A DNA stretch of 64,000 nucleotides from Rebecca billardiae RCC1528 (GCA_965240325.2 OZ251225.1:558001-622000), one strand, 5' to 3'. Positions 35,253 through 46,690 are shown, counted from the first letter of the stretch. Notes: generated by a model from the letters alone, not told the origin. Numbers and translations: made by a program.

Positions 35253-36668
35253 TCATCGCGCGTGCGTGCCGTCAGGCGCCGCGACGAGCTCGTCGACCGT
35301 GCGGCCGGCTGCGAGCGCGTACAGCTCCGCCGAGAGCGCCCGCCACTGCTCGACGCGCTCGCGCAGCACAGCAGCCTCCTCTTCGGCGCGCACAGCTGAC
35401 TGGGTGGCTGCCCCGCCGCGCGCCGTCGCCATGCCGCCCGTCGCGAGCGCGTGCGCCGCGCCCCAATCGCACGCCGCGGCGGCGCGGACGGCGGGCCGCA
35501 CCGGTACGCAGCCGAGCGCCACCTGCGCCGCCTCGGCCGAGCCCTTCGGCGGCGGCACTTGCAGGTACTTCTTGAAGGGCTGCACGGCCGAGACGGGCGG
35601 CGCGCGCGGAGGCGCGCTCCACGCGAGCGCGCGCACGCTCTCGCTCGGCGCGGCCTCGCCCGGCGCATCAAGTTGCTGCACGAGCTGGCGCGTGCCCGCG
35701 TCGAACACGCGCACGCCGCCGTCGGCGCCCACGGTCGCGAGGCGCGTGGAGGCGTCGAGCGTGCACAGCGCGTGCACCGCGCCCTTGTGCGCGACGAGCG
35801 GCGGCGGGCCGTCGGCTGCGCCGCCCGCGCCACGCCCGCCGGGCCATGCCGCGCTCTCCGCGCCGCCGTCCGCCCTCGCGAGCCCGCCGCCGCCGCCGTC
35901 GCCGTCGCCGCCCTCCGCGCCCGGCCCGGCGACGAGCAGCGCCTCGTGCACGGTGCCGTTGGACGTGCCGCAGAAGACGCGGTGCTCGCACGCGGAGAGC
36001 GCGACGCAGCGCACGGGCGCGGGCGCGCGCAGCGCGTACAGCAGCTCACCGCGCCCCAGCTCGCGCACGTGCACGCCGCCGTCGAGCGAGCCGGAGACAG
36101 CCAGCGCTGACGGCGCCGAGCCGCCGACTGCCACGTCGCTCACCTCGAGCGAGTGCGCGCTCCACGTGAAGGTGGGCGAGGGCGGCTCGGCAGGCGACGA
36201 GCCCGGGCCGCAGCCGCCGAGCACGTCGGCGAGCGACCACACCGTCACCAGCGCATCGGCGCCGCCGACGATGAGCGCGCCGTCGTCGGCGCTGACCGCG
36301 AGCGCGGTGCACGCCTTGAAGTGCGCGTCCCACGCGCGGAGGAGCTGGCCAGTGCGCACGGCCCAGATGTAGAGGCGCCCGGTGACCGAGCCGCCGATGC
36401 AGTGTGCCCCGTCCGACGTGCTCGCCAACGCGCGCAGCTCCTCGGGCACCTGGCAGCGGAAGATGGGCTGCTCGCGCGCCCACGCGTAGATGTGCACGCT
36501 CGGGCGGCCGAGCTGCGCGGCGACGAAGTGGTCGGCGTCGAGCACGCAGAGGCCGTGGCCCGGTGCGGCGCAGTCCTTGTACGCGCGCACGAGCAGGCCC
36601 GAGCACGTGTCCCACACGTGCACCTCGCGCCGTCCGGAGCACGTGGCCAGCAGGGCCGTCGTGGCCAT
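35253..36668 (-). CDS. WDR18: WD40 protein WDR18/Ipi3 (Rix1 complex, pre-rRNA processing)
   Basis: VPEELRALASTSDGAHCIGGSVTGRLYIWAVRTGQLLRAWDAHFKACTAL...GGADALVTVW, WSAHSLEVSD, C-terminal coiled coil (LRERVEQWRALSAELY). Confidence 0.85.
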   Translation of the reverse strand: MATTALLATCSGRREVHVWDTCSGLLVRAYKDCAAPGHGLCVLDADHFVAAQLGRPSVHIYAWAREQPIFRCQVPEELRALASTSDGAHCIGGSVTGRLYIWAVRTGQLLRAWDAHFKACTALAVSADDGALIVGGADALVTVWSLADVLGGCGPGSSPAEPPSPTFTWSAHSLEVSDVAVGGSAPSALAVSGSLDGGVHVRELGRGELLYALRAPAPVRCVALSACEHRVFCGTSNGTVHEALLVAGPGAEGGDGDGGGGGLARADGGAESAAWPGGRGAGGAADGPPPLVAHKGAVHALCTLDASTRLATVGADGGVRVFDAGTRQLVQQLDAPGEAAPSESVRALAWSAPPRAPPVSAVQPFKKYLQVPPPKGSAEAAQVALGCVPVRPAVRAAAACDWGAAHALATGGMATARGGAATQSAVRAEEEAAVLRERVEQWRALSAELYALAAGRTVDELVAAPDGTHAR

Positions 36669-36848
36669 GCTGGTTTTCTTGACGATGCTGCGGCTGCGGC
36701 AATTTTGTTCCGCGGCCGAATAAAAACGGAAAAACCGGGGCGGGCTGCCAGCCTGCCACCGAAATTCGGCGGTTGAAGAGAAGCGTGCGCGGAGCTTGCA
36801 GCTTTCAAGAGCGACGAGCTCGAGCGGCCGGTGTCGTTGGTGGTGGCC

Positions 36849-38309
36849 ATGGACGACGACGGCGCTGCCGAGCGCGATGCGAGCAGCCGACGCGCTCGGA
36901 GGCGCGAAGCGGCGGACGTGACGCCGCCGAGACAAGAGGCTGCCCGCTCTCCGCGCGCGAGCCCACAGCGCACGGACGATGCGCCGGGCGATGCGAGCCG
37001 GCGGCGGCGGAGGGGCGGCTCGGCGGACGGCGGCGCGAGCGCCTCCATCGCCGAGCCTGCGCAGGCGGGCGAGGAGGTGCCGGCCAGCGCGGTGGCGCCC
37101 GGGCGGCGGCGGAGACAGCGTGGGCGCGACAGCGTCACGAGCGAGACAGCGGGTGAGCTCCCAGTCCGGCGCGAGCTCGTCAGCACCGCGCGCGCGACGG
37201 CGGGCGCAGTGCCGCTGTGGACCGCGGGCGACCGCGCGCCGCTGCTCCCGGTCTCCGAGCTTCAGGCGGACATCGACGAGCAGCTGAGCGCGCCTGATGT
37301 CGCGCGCCTCGCCGACGGCGGCGCCATGCCCGAGGGCGAGGCGCCGGGCGCGGGCGCGGGCGGCGGTGCGCCCGCGCGCGGCACCACCTCGCGGTACGTG
37401 CAGGACTCGGTGTCCGGACAATTCCTGCGCGCGCACCCGGACGCGGAGGCGCGCACGCGCGAGCCGCCGGGCGCGAGCGACACGCTCCTCGCCACGCGCG
37501 CCGGCGCGCTCGGCGCGGGCGGCCTCGCCGGCACGACCACGCGCGGCGTCGCGGCCGCGCTCACGGGCGCGCGCGGGTTGCTCGCCGGGCTTGCGCTGAT
37601 GCACCTGCTGCTGCTCGCGCCGACGTCGGCGGAGGCGGAGCGGCCGACGGCGTTCGTGGTGTACGCGCCGCTCGCGCTGCACACGCACGGCGTCTTCCAG
37701 GCGCTCGTCGGCGTCTCCATCGTCGCCACGCTCGACGCGCACTTCATGTACTCGCCAGACGCGCGCGCGGCCAACGCGGCCGCGGCGAGCGCGGCGAGCG
37801 CGCGCGGGCGCGCGCTCGTCGCGGCCGCGCACGGCTCGTTCGGCACGGCGGTGGTGGGGCTGCTGTATGGGGCGGCGCTGCTGCTCGGCATGCTGCAGAC
37901 GCCCATCGAGTTCACGCTGTACACCAAGTACGCCGCCCGCCGGCTGGGCGTCGACAGCGCGACGGGCGCGCTCGGGCCAGAGAAGGGGCTCGCGGAGGTC
38001 CGCGCGGTGCAGTGGGACGACCTCAGCGCAGAGGCGGGCGAGGAGGCGGCGTCGTGCGCGCTCGCGCTGCTCACGTGCGGCGCGTTCCCGCCGGCGAGGG
38101 CCGCGCTGTACCGCGGCCTCGGCCTCACGCGCGACGTCTTCTGCCTCTGCGCCTGGCTGCTCGCCGCCGTGATCTTTGCGATGAGACCGCCGCCCGCGCG
38201 CCGGCTCGGCGGGCCGCAGATGGCGCCGCCCGCGCTCGACCGGCGCGAGCTGGCGGAGATGCGCCCCGCGAGGGCGGGCGCGAGCGGCGCGCTGCACCAC
38301 ATCGCGTGA
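36849..38309 (+). CDS. TMEM237-like ciliary transition-zone membrane protein
   Basis: Disordered N-terminus then 4 hydrophobic segments; GLLAGLAL...YAPLALHTHGVFQALVGVSIVATLD resembles the TMEM237 pattern GxLAG...Y...FxxL...S.ISAFD as I recall it. Confidence 0.6.
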   Translation: MDDDGAAERDASSRRARRREAADVTPPRQEAARSPRASPQRTDDAPGDASRRRRRGGSADGGASASIAEPAQAGEEVPASAVAPGRRRRQRGRDSVTSETAGELPVRRELVSTARATAGAVPLWTAGDRAPLLPVSELQADIDEQLSAPDVARLADGGAMPEGEAPGAGAGGGAPARGTTSRYVQDSVSGQFLRAHPDAEARTREPPGASDTLLATRAGALGAGGLAGTTTRGVAAALTGARGLLAGLALMHLLLLAPTSAEAERPTAFVVYAPLALHTHGVFQALVGVSIVATLDAHFMYSPDARAANAAAASAASARGRALVAAAHGSFGTAVVGLLYGAALLLGMLQTPIEFTLYTKYAARRLGVDSATGALGPEKGLAEVRAVQWDDLSAEAGEEAASCALALLTCGAFPPARAALYRGLGLTRDVFCLCAWLLAAVIFAMRPPPARRLGGPQMAPPALDRRELAEMRPARAGASGALHHIA

Positions 38310-38599
38310 CGGAAGGCCCGCCGCCGTCGCGCCGGCGACGCGTGCGCTGCGGATGGTCGCACGACTCGCACGGCCGTGCGGCCCGTTGCCCGTTGGTTGG
38401 CCGTGCCCGTGAATGAAGCTACTACCAGTATGTCAGTGCGTGTGCCGGGTCGATGCTCGACTATGAGTAGCTTACTATGCAACGGTACTGCTGTGACTGA
38501 GTGCGGCTTTACCCCGGCTTAGTACCAAATTGTGGAGAAGCCACCTGCGTGAGTCGGCGGTCTGACGCCGGCCGCGCCTGGCGTGAAAAGCTGACCAAT

Positions 38600-39449
38600 T
38601 CTATGATTTAAAGACACAGGCACGAGGGCGCAGCTCTCCTGATTCGTCTGTCGAAGTACTGATTGGAGACAGAGGGTGTTGAGCGCGTTGGCCGCGGGTG
38701 AGGACCTAGTCGTCGCCGATGCTCGGATCACACGGAGGCAGTAGGTGCCCAGGGATGCCGCTGAAGTATTTGCAGTCGTCGCCGGCCTTGGTCATCATGT
38801 ACTTGTACGCGTCGACGTTCCGAGGCCGTGTTCGAGTTGCGGATGCCGTGGTGCAGATCGTGGATGGGGTCGCCCTGGCCGGTGTGCGCGGCCTTGGTCT
38901 TGCCGAGTTGCGGAAGTAGTCGCCCTTGCCGTTGAGGAAGTCGTCGCCCTGGCCGTTGAGGAAGTCGTCGCCCTGGCCGTTGAGGAAGTCGTCGCCCTGG
39001 CCGCTGAGGATGCCTGCGCTGCCCCACCGGGCACGTCTGGCGCGCCAGCGCCGCGCGCGGCTCTACGCCAGCGACGGCGGCACGGCGGCAGCCGGATCAC
39101 GGGGGGCAGCTGCAGCGGCGCAGGGGCCTGTCGTGTTCGGCACGCGCAGGCTGTTGGCCAGGCGGTCGCAGGTGTCCATGTGCTCGAGCGCCGAGCCAAT
39201 GGCGGGGAAGACATACTTGCTTTTGAGGTCCCGGGTGAGTCCTTCCAGCTGCCGCCCGCCGTACGAGTTGGTTGCCACGTTGGCCAGGACGCGCGCGGGC
39301 AGCTTGACCATCGCCGTGGCCGCCTGCTGCTTGGCGGTGGGGTCAGGCGGCGGGCTCAACTTCCGCCGGAGCTCGTGGTCGTCGCAGGTGGGGTAGGCCG
39401 GCCAGCCAGTCTTGCTGTAGAAGTTGCCGAGTGTGCCGTACCTGTACAT
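38600..39449 (-). pseudogene. Interrupted coding-like sequence with (L-N/S-G-Q/K-G-D-D/Y-F)x4 repeat; 3' end shared with 51350-51430
   Basis: ORF MYRYGTLGNF... stops at 39063, coding-like sequence continues through 24-bp repeats at ~38915-39010 and further stops or frameshifts; an unrecognised intron is possible. Confidence 0.35.
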
Positions 39450-39547
39450 GGTGGTCGGTGTGGCGGACGCGGGAGCTGCGGGGGGCGGTTGCGGACTGCG
39501 GAGTGAGGGTGCTCGCCCGGGTGTGCGCGGCGGGGAGCGCACATGAA

Positions 39548-40494
39548 TTCCAAACCCCGGTCCGGACTCCGGAGTGGCCCCACCAGGCCCCCGGACAGCG
39601 GCGGTCCGGCGTGCGTTGCTGGGGGAGGTTTTCGTCGCGCGAAACGGGCAGGATGGGGAAGGGGGTGGGGGGCACGTGCGCTCGCGGCCGCCGCGAGAGG
39701 GCCGGGGCGGGTGCAGTCTGGGGCGTCGTTCGGCCGCCTGTAGTGGGTGTAGAGGGCTGGGCAGTGCTCAGGTGAGGAGGGCGGCCCACCGGCACCTACG
39801 GATCGCCGTCGTCGCCACGGTGGAAGTCAATCCCGGGTCCGAGCTTGGCAAGCAGGCGGCGGGGAGGTTAAGGCGTTCGTGTGCGAGTGCGGATGGGTCA
39901 ATGCGTTGCGTGTGCGATACGCGGCGTGCTGGATGCGTTCAGTGTGGATGGTGCCCGAGGGCACCGGCGTGAGGAGTTGTTGCGGGCGCGCCTCGCGGAC
40001 GCGAGGCGCTGGAAGACATCCCGAGGGCATGCAGGAATGGACTCGGGCTCGGCAATTCGGCGGGGCTCGCACAGGAGTTCCAAACCCTGGTCCGGACGGA
40101 GTGGGCCCACCGGCCCCCGGACAGCGGCGGTCCGGCGTGCGTTTTGGGGGAGGAGGGTTTTTTCGCGAAACGGGCAGGATGGGGAAGGGGGGTGGGGGGC
40201 ACGTGCGCTCGCGGCCGCCGCGAGAGGGCCGGGGCGGGCGCAGTCTGGGGCGTCGTTCGGCCGCCTGTAGAGGGCTGGGCAGTGCTCAGGTGAGGAGGGC
40301 GGCCCACAGGCACCTACGGAGCGCCGTCGAGTGGAAGTCAAGTGTTGTGATCATCCCGGGCGAGCTTGGCAAGCAGGCGGCGGGGAGGTTAAGGCGTTCG
40401 TGTGCGAGTGCGGATGGGTCAAAGCGTTGCGTGTGCGATACGCGGCGTGCTGGATGCATTCAGTGTGGATGGTGCCCGAGGGCACCGGCGTGAG
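39548..40494 (+). repeat. Direct duplication of ~420 bp (39548-39973 and 40078-40494)
   Basis: ttccaaaccc.ggtccggac ... ggtgcccgagggcaccggcgtgag present twice with few differences. Confidence 0.9.
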
Positions 40495-40568
40495 CAGTGC
40501 TCTGCCCGCTCTCCATTGATTTTCAAATACGGCCAAGTGCCAACCGTCGTACAACGACCACGACGAGC

Positions 40569-42011
40569 ATGGCGCCGACGACGCGCGCGCGTACCAAGAC
40601 GCTCTCGGCAGCGGCGGCGGTGCGGCTGACCGACGTGCCGCCCGAGCTGATCGCGCGCATCCTCGGCCACCTCAATGGCACGCGCGACCTCGCTGCCGCC
40701 AACGCCGCCGCGCGCCTCTTCCGCGGCGCACCGCTCGAGCACGCGCTGCGCGAGCGCGCGCACGCGCGCGGGCACGAGGCTGCGTTGCCGGCGGCGCTGC
40801 GCGCGGGCGTGTCCACGTGGGCGGAGGAGCTGTTCGCGTGCGAGCACATACTGAAGCTCGCACACGCGCACGCGCACGTCGCGTCCGCCAGCCTCATTCC
40901 TGAGATGCTATTTTCTGCCTTTATTGACGCGGACGGCGGCGTGCACACATGCGGCGCGCCGCTTGGCCATCCCGAGTTCAGCATGGGTACGAACGTGCTC
41001 GTGCCGACGCGCGTGAACTCGCTGGCGGCGGTGCGCGTGCGTGCAATCGCTGCCGGCAGCTTCCACCTGCTCGCGCTGAGCGAGGCGGGCGCCGTGTACG
41101 CGTGCGGCCGCAACGGCGACGGCCAGCTGGGTGTGGGCGACAAGGCTGAGCGACGGGCGTTCGTGCAGGTGGCGGCGCTGGGCGCGGAGCTCGTCGTCGG
41201 CATAAGCGCTGGCGGTTGCCACAGCCTCGCGCTCACGGCTGCGGGCGTGGCGTACAGCTGGGGCCTCAATGTGTTCGGCCAGCTCGGCCACGGCGACACG
41301 AAGCACCGGCTGGAGCCGACGCGCATCGAGGCGCTGGACGGCGTGCGAGTGGGCGGCGTGGCCGCGGGCGGCTGGCACACGCTGCTGCTCTCGGCGCGCG
41401 GCGCCGTGTACTCGTGCGGCGATGGCTACGAAGGCCGTCTTGGCCACGGTGACGAGCAGCAGCAGCGCACACCGCGGCGCATCGAGGCGCTTGCTGGTGT
41501 GCGCGCCGTGCACGTGAGCGCGGGCTACGGGCACAGCCTGGTGGTGGACGCAGCGGGCGGCGTGCACTCGTTCGGAGACGGTAGCAAAGGCGCGCTCGGT
41601 GGCGGTGGCGCGCTCGGCCACGGTGGCGTGGCCATTCGGCTGGTGCCCACGCGCATCGAAGCTTTGGGCGGCATGCGTGTCGTGCGCGCCAGCGCGGGCG
41701 GTTGCAACAGCGCCGTGGTGTGTGCGGACGGCAGCGTGCACGCGCTTGGGGACAATGACTGTGGCCAGCTGGGGCTGGGGGACACAGTGGATCGCACGCT
41801 GCCCGCGCGGATGGAGGGCCTCGCGCATGCGCGCGTGGTCAACTGCTCGCTTGGCCAAGCTCACGCCCTCTACGTCACAGTGGATGGCAGCGTGCACGCG
41901 TGCGGCTTACATTCAGGCGCGCTGGGCCTGGGCGTGGGCATCGATGGCGGAATGCAGCCGACGCTTCAGCGCGTGGCGCAGCTGCCGCCCCTGCGCTGTG
42001 GCCCGCGCTGA
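40569..42011 (+). CDS. F-box-like plus RCC1-repeat beta-propeller protein, copy 1
   Basis: RLTDVPPELIARILGHL...DLAAANAAARLF (F-box-like); ~7 RCC1 repeats AGxxHxL...GxVYxxGxxxxGQLGxG; intronless. Confidence 0.9.
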   Translation: MAPTTRARTKTLSAAAAVRLTDVPPELIARILGHLNGTRDLAAANAAARLFRGAPLEHALRERAHARGHEAALPAALRAGVSTWAEELFACEHILKLAHAHAHVASASLIPEMLFSAFIDADGGVHTCGAPLGHPEFSMGTNVLVPTRVNSLAAVRVRAIAAGSFHLLALSEAGAVYACGRNGDGQLGVGDKAERRAFVQVAALGAELVVGISAGGCHSLALTAAGVAYSWGLNVFGQLGHGDTKHRLEPTRIEALDGVRVGGVAAGGWHTLLLSARGAVYSCGDGYEGRLGHGDEQQQRTPRRIEALAGVRAVHVSAGYGHSLVVDAAGGVHSFGDGSKGALGGGGALGHGGVAIRLVPTRIEALGGMRVVRASAGGCNSAVVCADGSVHALGDNDCGQLGLGDTVDRTLPARMEGLAHARVVNCSLGQAHALYVTVDGSVHACGLHSGALGLGVGIDGGMQPTLQRVAQLPPLRCGPR

Positions 42012-42993
42012 GCGACCGGCCCGTGGCGGGTGCGGTGCTCACGCGCAGTCTTGCGAGTGCGGCGTGTGCGAGTGCTCGCCGCTGCTCTCTTCGGACATGG
42101 TCAGTGAGGCGTTGCAGCCATGTGCCAGCCACTGAGGCCCGCTGCCATCAGCCCTGTGCTGTGCGGCGTGCGCTGCTGTGCGCACGCCCACGGGCAGCGC
42201 ATGCAGCCTCGCGTGGCAGCACGGCGCTCGAGCTCGCGCTGCGCGTCGCGTGATGCGCCGGCGGATGGCGAGGGCATTGTAGTGGGGCACTCATCGAGAG
42301 TGAGATGGCGCGCGATGAGGATGCGCAAATGCATTGCCATTGATGAGCTGATGCGTGCGTGGGACGTGGGTACCGCACAGCGGCAGCGCACCGCGTGGTG
42401 TCGCACTGCAAGTACCTTGGGAAACCAGCTGGGGTCACCTGTCTAGTGAAGACTAAGCCCACTTCGGACTCGCGGGAATGGAATGGCTGCTCGTGCGCGC
42501 TGTTATATTTATACTTATAATCTCGCCCCTGCCTGAGCAGCTGTGTGCGTCTCTTATTGACGATGCGATATAACGACCGCGGGCTCGTGGCAGCTGACTA
42601 ATCCGCAGCCGGACTGAGGCCCGAGAGGCCGGCCTCAGACGTCCTCCACTTAGTCCATGCATGCTTTGCACCAGCCGGATCGCTGGCCAGTGAGACAGGC
42701 CACAGGAAGCCAGGATCCAAGGCCAGGCCCACTGGCGCGAGGACACCGCATCACCTTTGCCTGCGCCGATCGAACCCGGGAGCGACGCACCCGCGACGGG
42801 CCGCGGCGCGTGTCCACACAGTGGACGACAGTGATCGTTGGCAGGGCGGAGCTCTGGCCAGGCTGACGGATTCAGTCGTTAAGGGTGGCACAGTGGGCTG
42901 CAACCACTCGGGCCTCCACTTGGAGGTATCCCAACTGTCGACGACGTCGCCGATCTGGTGACTGCGTAGCAGTGGGCATAACATACTACATCG

Positions 42994-42995
<2 letters not shown>

Positions 42996-43081
<86 letters not shown>
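42996..43081. repeat. (TA)n microsatellite
   Basis: Pure TA run. Confidence 0.98.
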
Positions 43082-43083
<2 letters not shown>

Positions 43084-43262
43084 CATTGGCATTGCCGATC
43101 ATGCGGCGAACAAGGAACAAGGACCGCTTGTCGTTAGTAAACTGTTGTAATCTCGCCTGCCTGAGCTGTGTGCGTCTCTTATTCTTAGTAAACTGTATGG
43201 GGTAGCTGGACCAAGGGTGCCGGGTGGAGGGTACCGCCCTTCCCGGAAAGCATCCGCGCAGC

Positions 43263-44690
43263 ATGGCGCCGACGACGCGCGCCCGCACTCAGGTGCGCTC
43301 GACAGCGGCGGCGGTGCGGCTGACCGGCGTGCCGCCCGAGCTGATCGCGCGCATTCTCGCCCAGCTCGATGACGTGCGCGACCTCGCCGCCGCCAACGCC
43401 GCCGCTCGCCTCTTCCGCGGCGCGCCGCTCGAGCACGCGCTGCGCGAGCGCGCGCGCGCGCGCGGGCACGAGGCCGCGCTGCCGGCGGCCCTGCCCGCGG
43501 GCGTGTCCACGTGGGCGGAGGAGCTGTTCGCGCGTGAGTGCATACTGGAACTCGCGCACGCGCATGCGTACGTCGCCTTCGCCAGCCCAACCTTCGGTAT
43601 GGGCTTTTCCGCCTTTGTTGACGGTGCCGGCGACGTGCACACATGCGGTGCACCGCTGGGCCATCCCGAGCTCAGCATGGAGACGGCCGTGCTCGTGCCG
43701 ACGCGCGTAAGCTCGCTGGCGGCGATGCGCGTGCGGTCCGTCGCGGCGGGTGGGTACCACCTGCTCGCGCTGAGCGAGGCGGGCGCCGTGTACGCGTGCG
43801 GCAGCAACGAGTACGGCGAGCTTGGCGTGGGCGACAAGGCTGAGCGACGGGCGTTCGTGCGGGTGGTGGCGCTGGGCTCGGAGCTCGTCGTCAGCATCGC
43901 TGCAGGTTACTATCACAGCCTCGCGCTGACGGCTGCCGGCGCGGCGTACAGCTGGGGCCACAACAGCCAAGGCCAGCTCGGCCACGGCGACACGGAGGAC
44001 CGGCTGCAGCCGACGCGCATCGAGGCGCTGGCCGGCGTGCGCGTGGGCGGCGTGGCCGCGGGCGCGGGGCACACGCTGCTGCTCTCGGCGTGCGGCGCCA
44101 TGCACTCGTGCGGGAATGCCAATGCTGGTCGGCTTGGTCACGGCGACGGGCAGGAGCAGCGCACGCCGCTGCGCATCGAGGCACTGGCGGGCGTGCGCGC
44201 CGTGCACGTGAGCGCTGGCTTCACGCACAGCCTGGTGGTGGACGCGGCGGGCGGCGTGCACTCCTTCGGGGGCGGTGGCGGTGGCGCGCTCGGCCACGGT
44301 GACGGAGAGCATCGCTTTGTGCCCACGCGCATCGAAGCACTGGGTGGCATGCGTGCCGTGCGCGCCAGCGCTGGCCATGCCAGCAGTGTGGTGGTGTGTG
44401 CTGACGGCAGCGTGCACGCGTTTGGGAGCAACTACTTGGGCCAGCTGGGGCTTGGGGACCAAGTGGATCGCGCGCTGCTGCCCGAGCGAGTGGAGGGCCT
44501 CGCGCATGCGCGCGTGGTCGAGTGCTCACTGGGTCAAGCCTACGCCCTCTGCGTCACAGCGGACTGCTGTGTGCATGCGTGCGGCGCACATTCGGGCGCG
44601 CTCGGCCTGGGCGTGGACAGCGATGGCGGAGAGCAGCCGACGCCGCAGCGCGTGGTGCAGCTGCCGCCCCTGCGCTGTGGGCTGCACTGA
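43263..44690 (+). CDS. F-box-like plus RCC1-repeat beta-propeller protein, copy 2 (tandem paralogue)
   Basis: Collinear with copy 1 from MAPTTRART to QLPPLRCG; downstream non-coding ~400 bp also homologous. Confidence 0.9.
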   Translation: MAPTTRARTQVRSTAAAVRLTGVPPELIARILAQLDDVRDLAAANAAARLFRGAPLEHALRERARARGHEAALPAALPAGVSTWAEELFARECILELAHAHAYVAFASPTFGMGFSAFVDGAGDVHTCGAPLGHPELSMETAVLVPTRVSSLAAMRVRSVAAGGYHLLALSEAGAVYACGSNEYGELGVGDKAERRAFVRVVALGSELVVSIAAGYYHSLALTAAGAAYSWGHNSQGQLGHGDTEDRLQPTRIEALAGVRVGGVAAGAGHTLLLSACGAMHSCGNANAGRLGHGDGQEQRTPLRIEALAGVRAVHVSAGFTHSLVVDAAGGVHSFGGGGGGALGHGDGEHRFVPTRIEALGGMRAVRASAGHASSVVVCADGSVHAFGSNYLGQLGLGDQVDRALLPERVEGLAHARVVECSLGQAYALCVTADCCVHACGAHSGALGLGVDSDGGEQPTPQRVVQLPPLRCGLH

Positions 44691-45259
44691 GTGACCTGCC
44701 AGTGACGGGTGCGGTGCCCACGCGCAGCCTTGCGAGTGTGGCGCGTGCGAGTGCTCGCCGCTGCTCTCCTGTCGTTTAGCGAGGCCTCGCACCCATGTGC
44801 CAGCTACCGAGGCCAGCTCTGCCATCGTCAGCCCAGTGACCTGTGCCGAGTGCGCTGCTGTGCGGTGCACACGGGCCGCGCATACAGCCTCTTGTGGCGG
44901 CACTGCGGTGCTGGAGCAGCCGCTCGGGCTCGCGCTGCGCGTGGCGTCACTGGCGTGATGCGCCGGCGGATGGCGAGGGCATCGTAGGGCGCTACTCGTC
45001 GAGAGTGAGAACTGAGATGGCGCGCGATGATTCTGATGAGTGATGAAGCGCACATATTGGCACGACAGAATCACAGATGTCGCGCGCGTCAGCATTGACG
45101 GATTTTCATTGCATGAGCTGATGCGCGCGCGTGGGTCGTTTCAACTTAGTACCGCGCACACCGCACGCGTTATACAAGCAGTCCACTCGTCGGGCTGGCG
45201 GTCACGACGAAGCCAGTTATGTTAGCGTATATATGTACATATATATATATATATAGTAT

Positions 45260-45496
<237 letters not shown>

Positions 45497-46690
45497 ATAC
45501 AAATGACGAATGACAGCATCAGTCGTATAGTAGACTTATAATAATATTAAGAAGCAGCTAGTACTGACTGACGATGTCTATGATGCTAGCTAGTGAGTGA
45601 AGTTCTGACTAGCCCGGATAGACTGACTGCTACTGAGAGCCTGAGACCGGCTGATCTAGAGTCGGGGCGATGGCCGACGCGACGGGAGTGGTGGGTTTGG
45701 CAGTCCGCGGCGGTTATCGCGTTATGACTGCCGCGCCGCTGCTCCGCCGCCGCCCGTGCCCCTCCCCGCTAGGTGGGCGTACGGTCCGCGGCCGGACGCG
45801 GGCTCGGCGCTCGCAGCGGCATCGCCGGAGTGAGTAGTGACCGGACTGTGTCTGTGACGATATGGAGTCGTCGGAAGCAGCTCGCCTTTGCGGCGCGGGC
45901 ACCAAGCGAAAAGGGAGCGTACCTGCAGACGGGCACCCTCGGCGGGACCGGCGCACCTTTGGGGCCCCGGTCAGGGCAGCCCTCATCCGTCATCGCCGTG
46001 ATCGCGCAGCCGCGACCGGCTTCCGCTGCGACTGCCCCCTGGCGCACCCTGAGTGAGCCACCCTGCCCGGCCGACGCCAGCACCGCGGCCCCGCCGGCCG
46101 TGTGCCCCCGGGCGGCAGTCCGGCGGCGCCGGCACACGCACGGACAGCCAGCGGCGCTCCTCCACCTCCCGCCCGCCCTCCCTGGCGTGGAATCGCCGCG
46201 CTGGGGCCGAGTGCGGCTTGACGGTCCGCAGCGTCCAACTCGGGCAACTCCACGGGGGGGGGGGGGGGGGGGGGGGTGCTGGCGGGCGGGCGGGCGCTGC
46301 CTCGCCGCCCTGCCCCCCCGTGGCGACTACTGAGTGCGGCTTAGAGCACGTCAGATTGCCTTACATGATAGACAGGCGCACCGGCACCGGCACCGATGAC
46401 TTAGACTTAGAGTTAGACTGTCTTGAGTGAAGTTACTGTTAGAGTGAGAGTGAGAGTGAGACCGGCTGATCTAGCTAGAGTGCTTCCGGGCGGGGAATCG
46501 AAACTCGAAACTGAAAAATGACCATCATTCTTCCCCGGGATCCAGCCAGGACCCCGGCCGCCGCAGCCGCCGCCGCCCCGGCCGGCGCGGCCGGGCCGGG
46601 GCCGGGTGCAAAGAGTCCGCGGACGCACGCGCGTCAAGGTCGTCATCGTCAAACGCGCTTGACCCGCGCACGCCGCGGCGCTCCGCCGGG

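Noticed and set aside
35253-38300. 1015-aa ORF suggesting a long N-terminal extension of WDR18
   Set aside because: The upstream part is the antisense of the TMEM237-like gene; WDR18 similarity starts at Met 36668.
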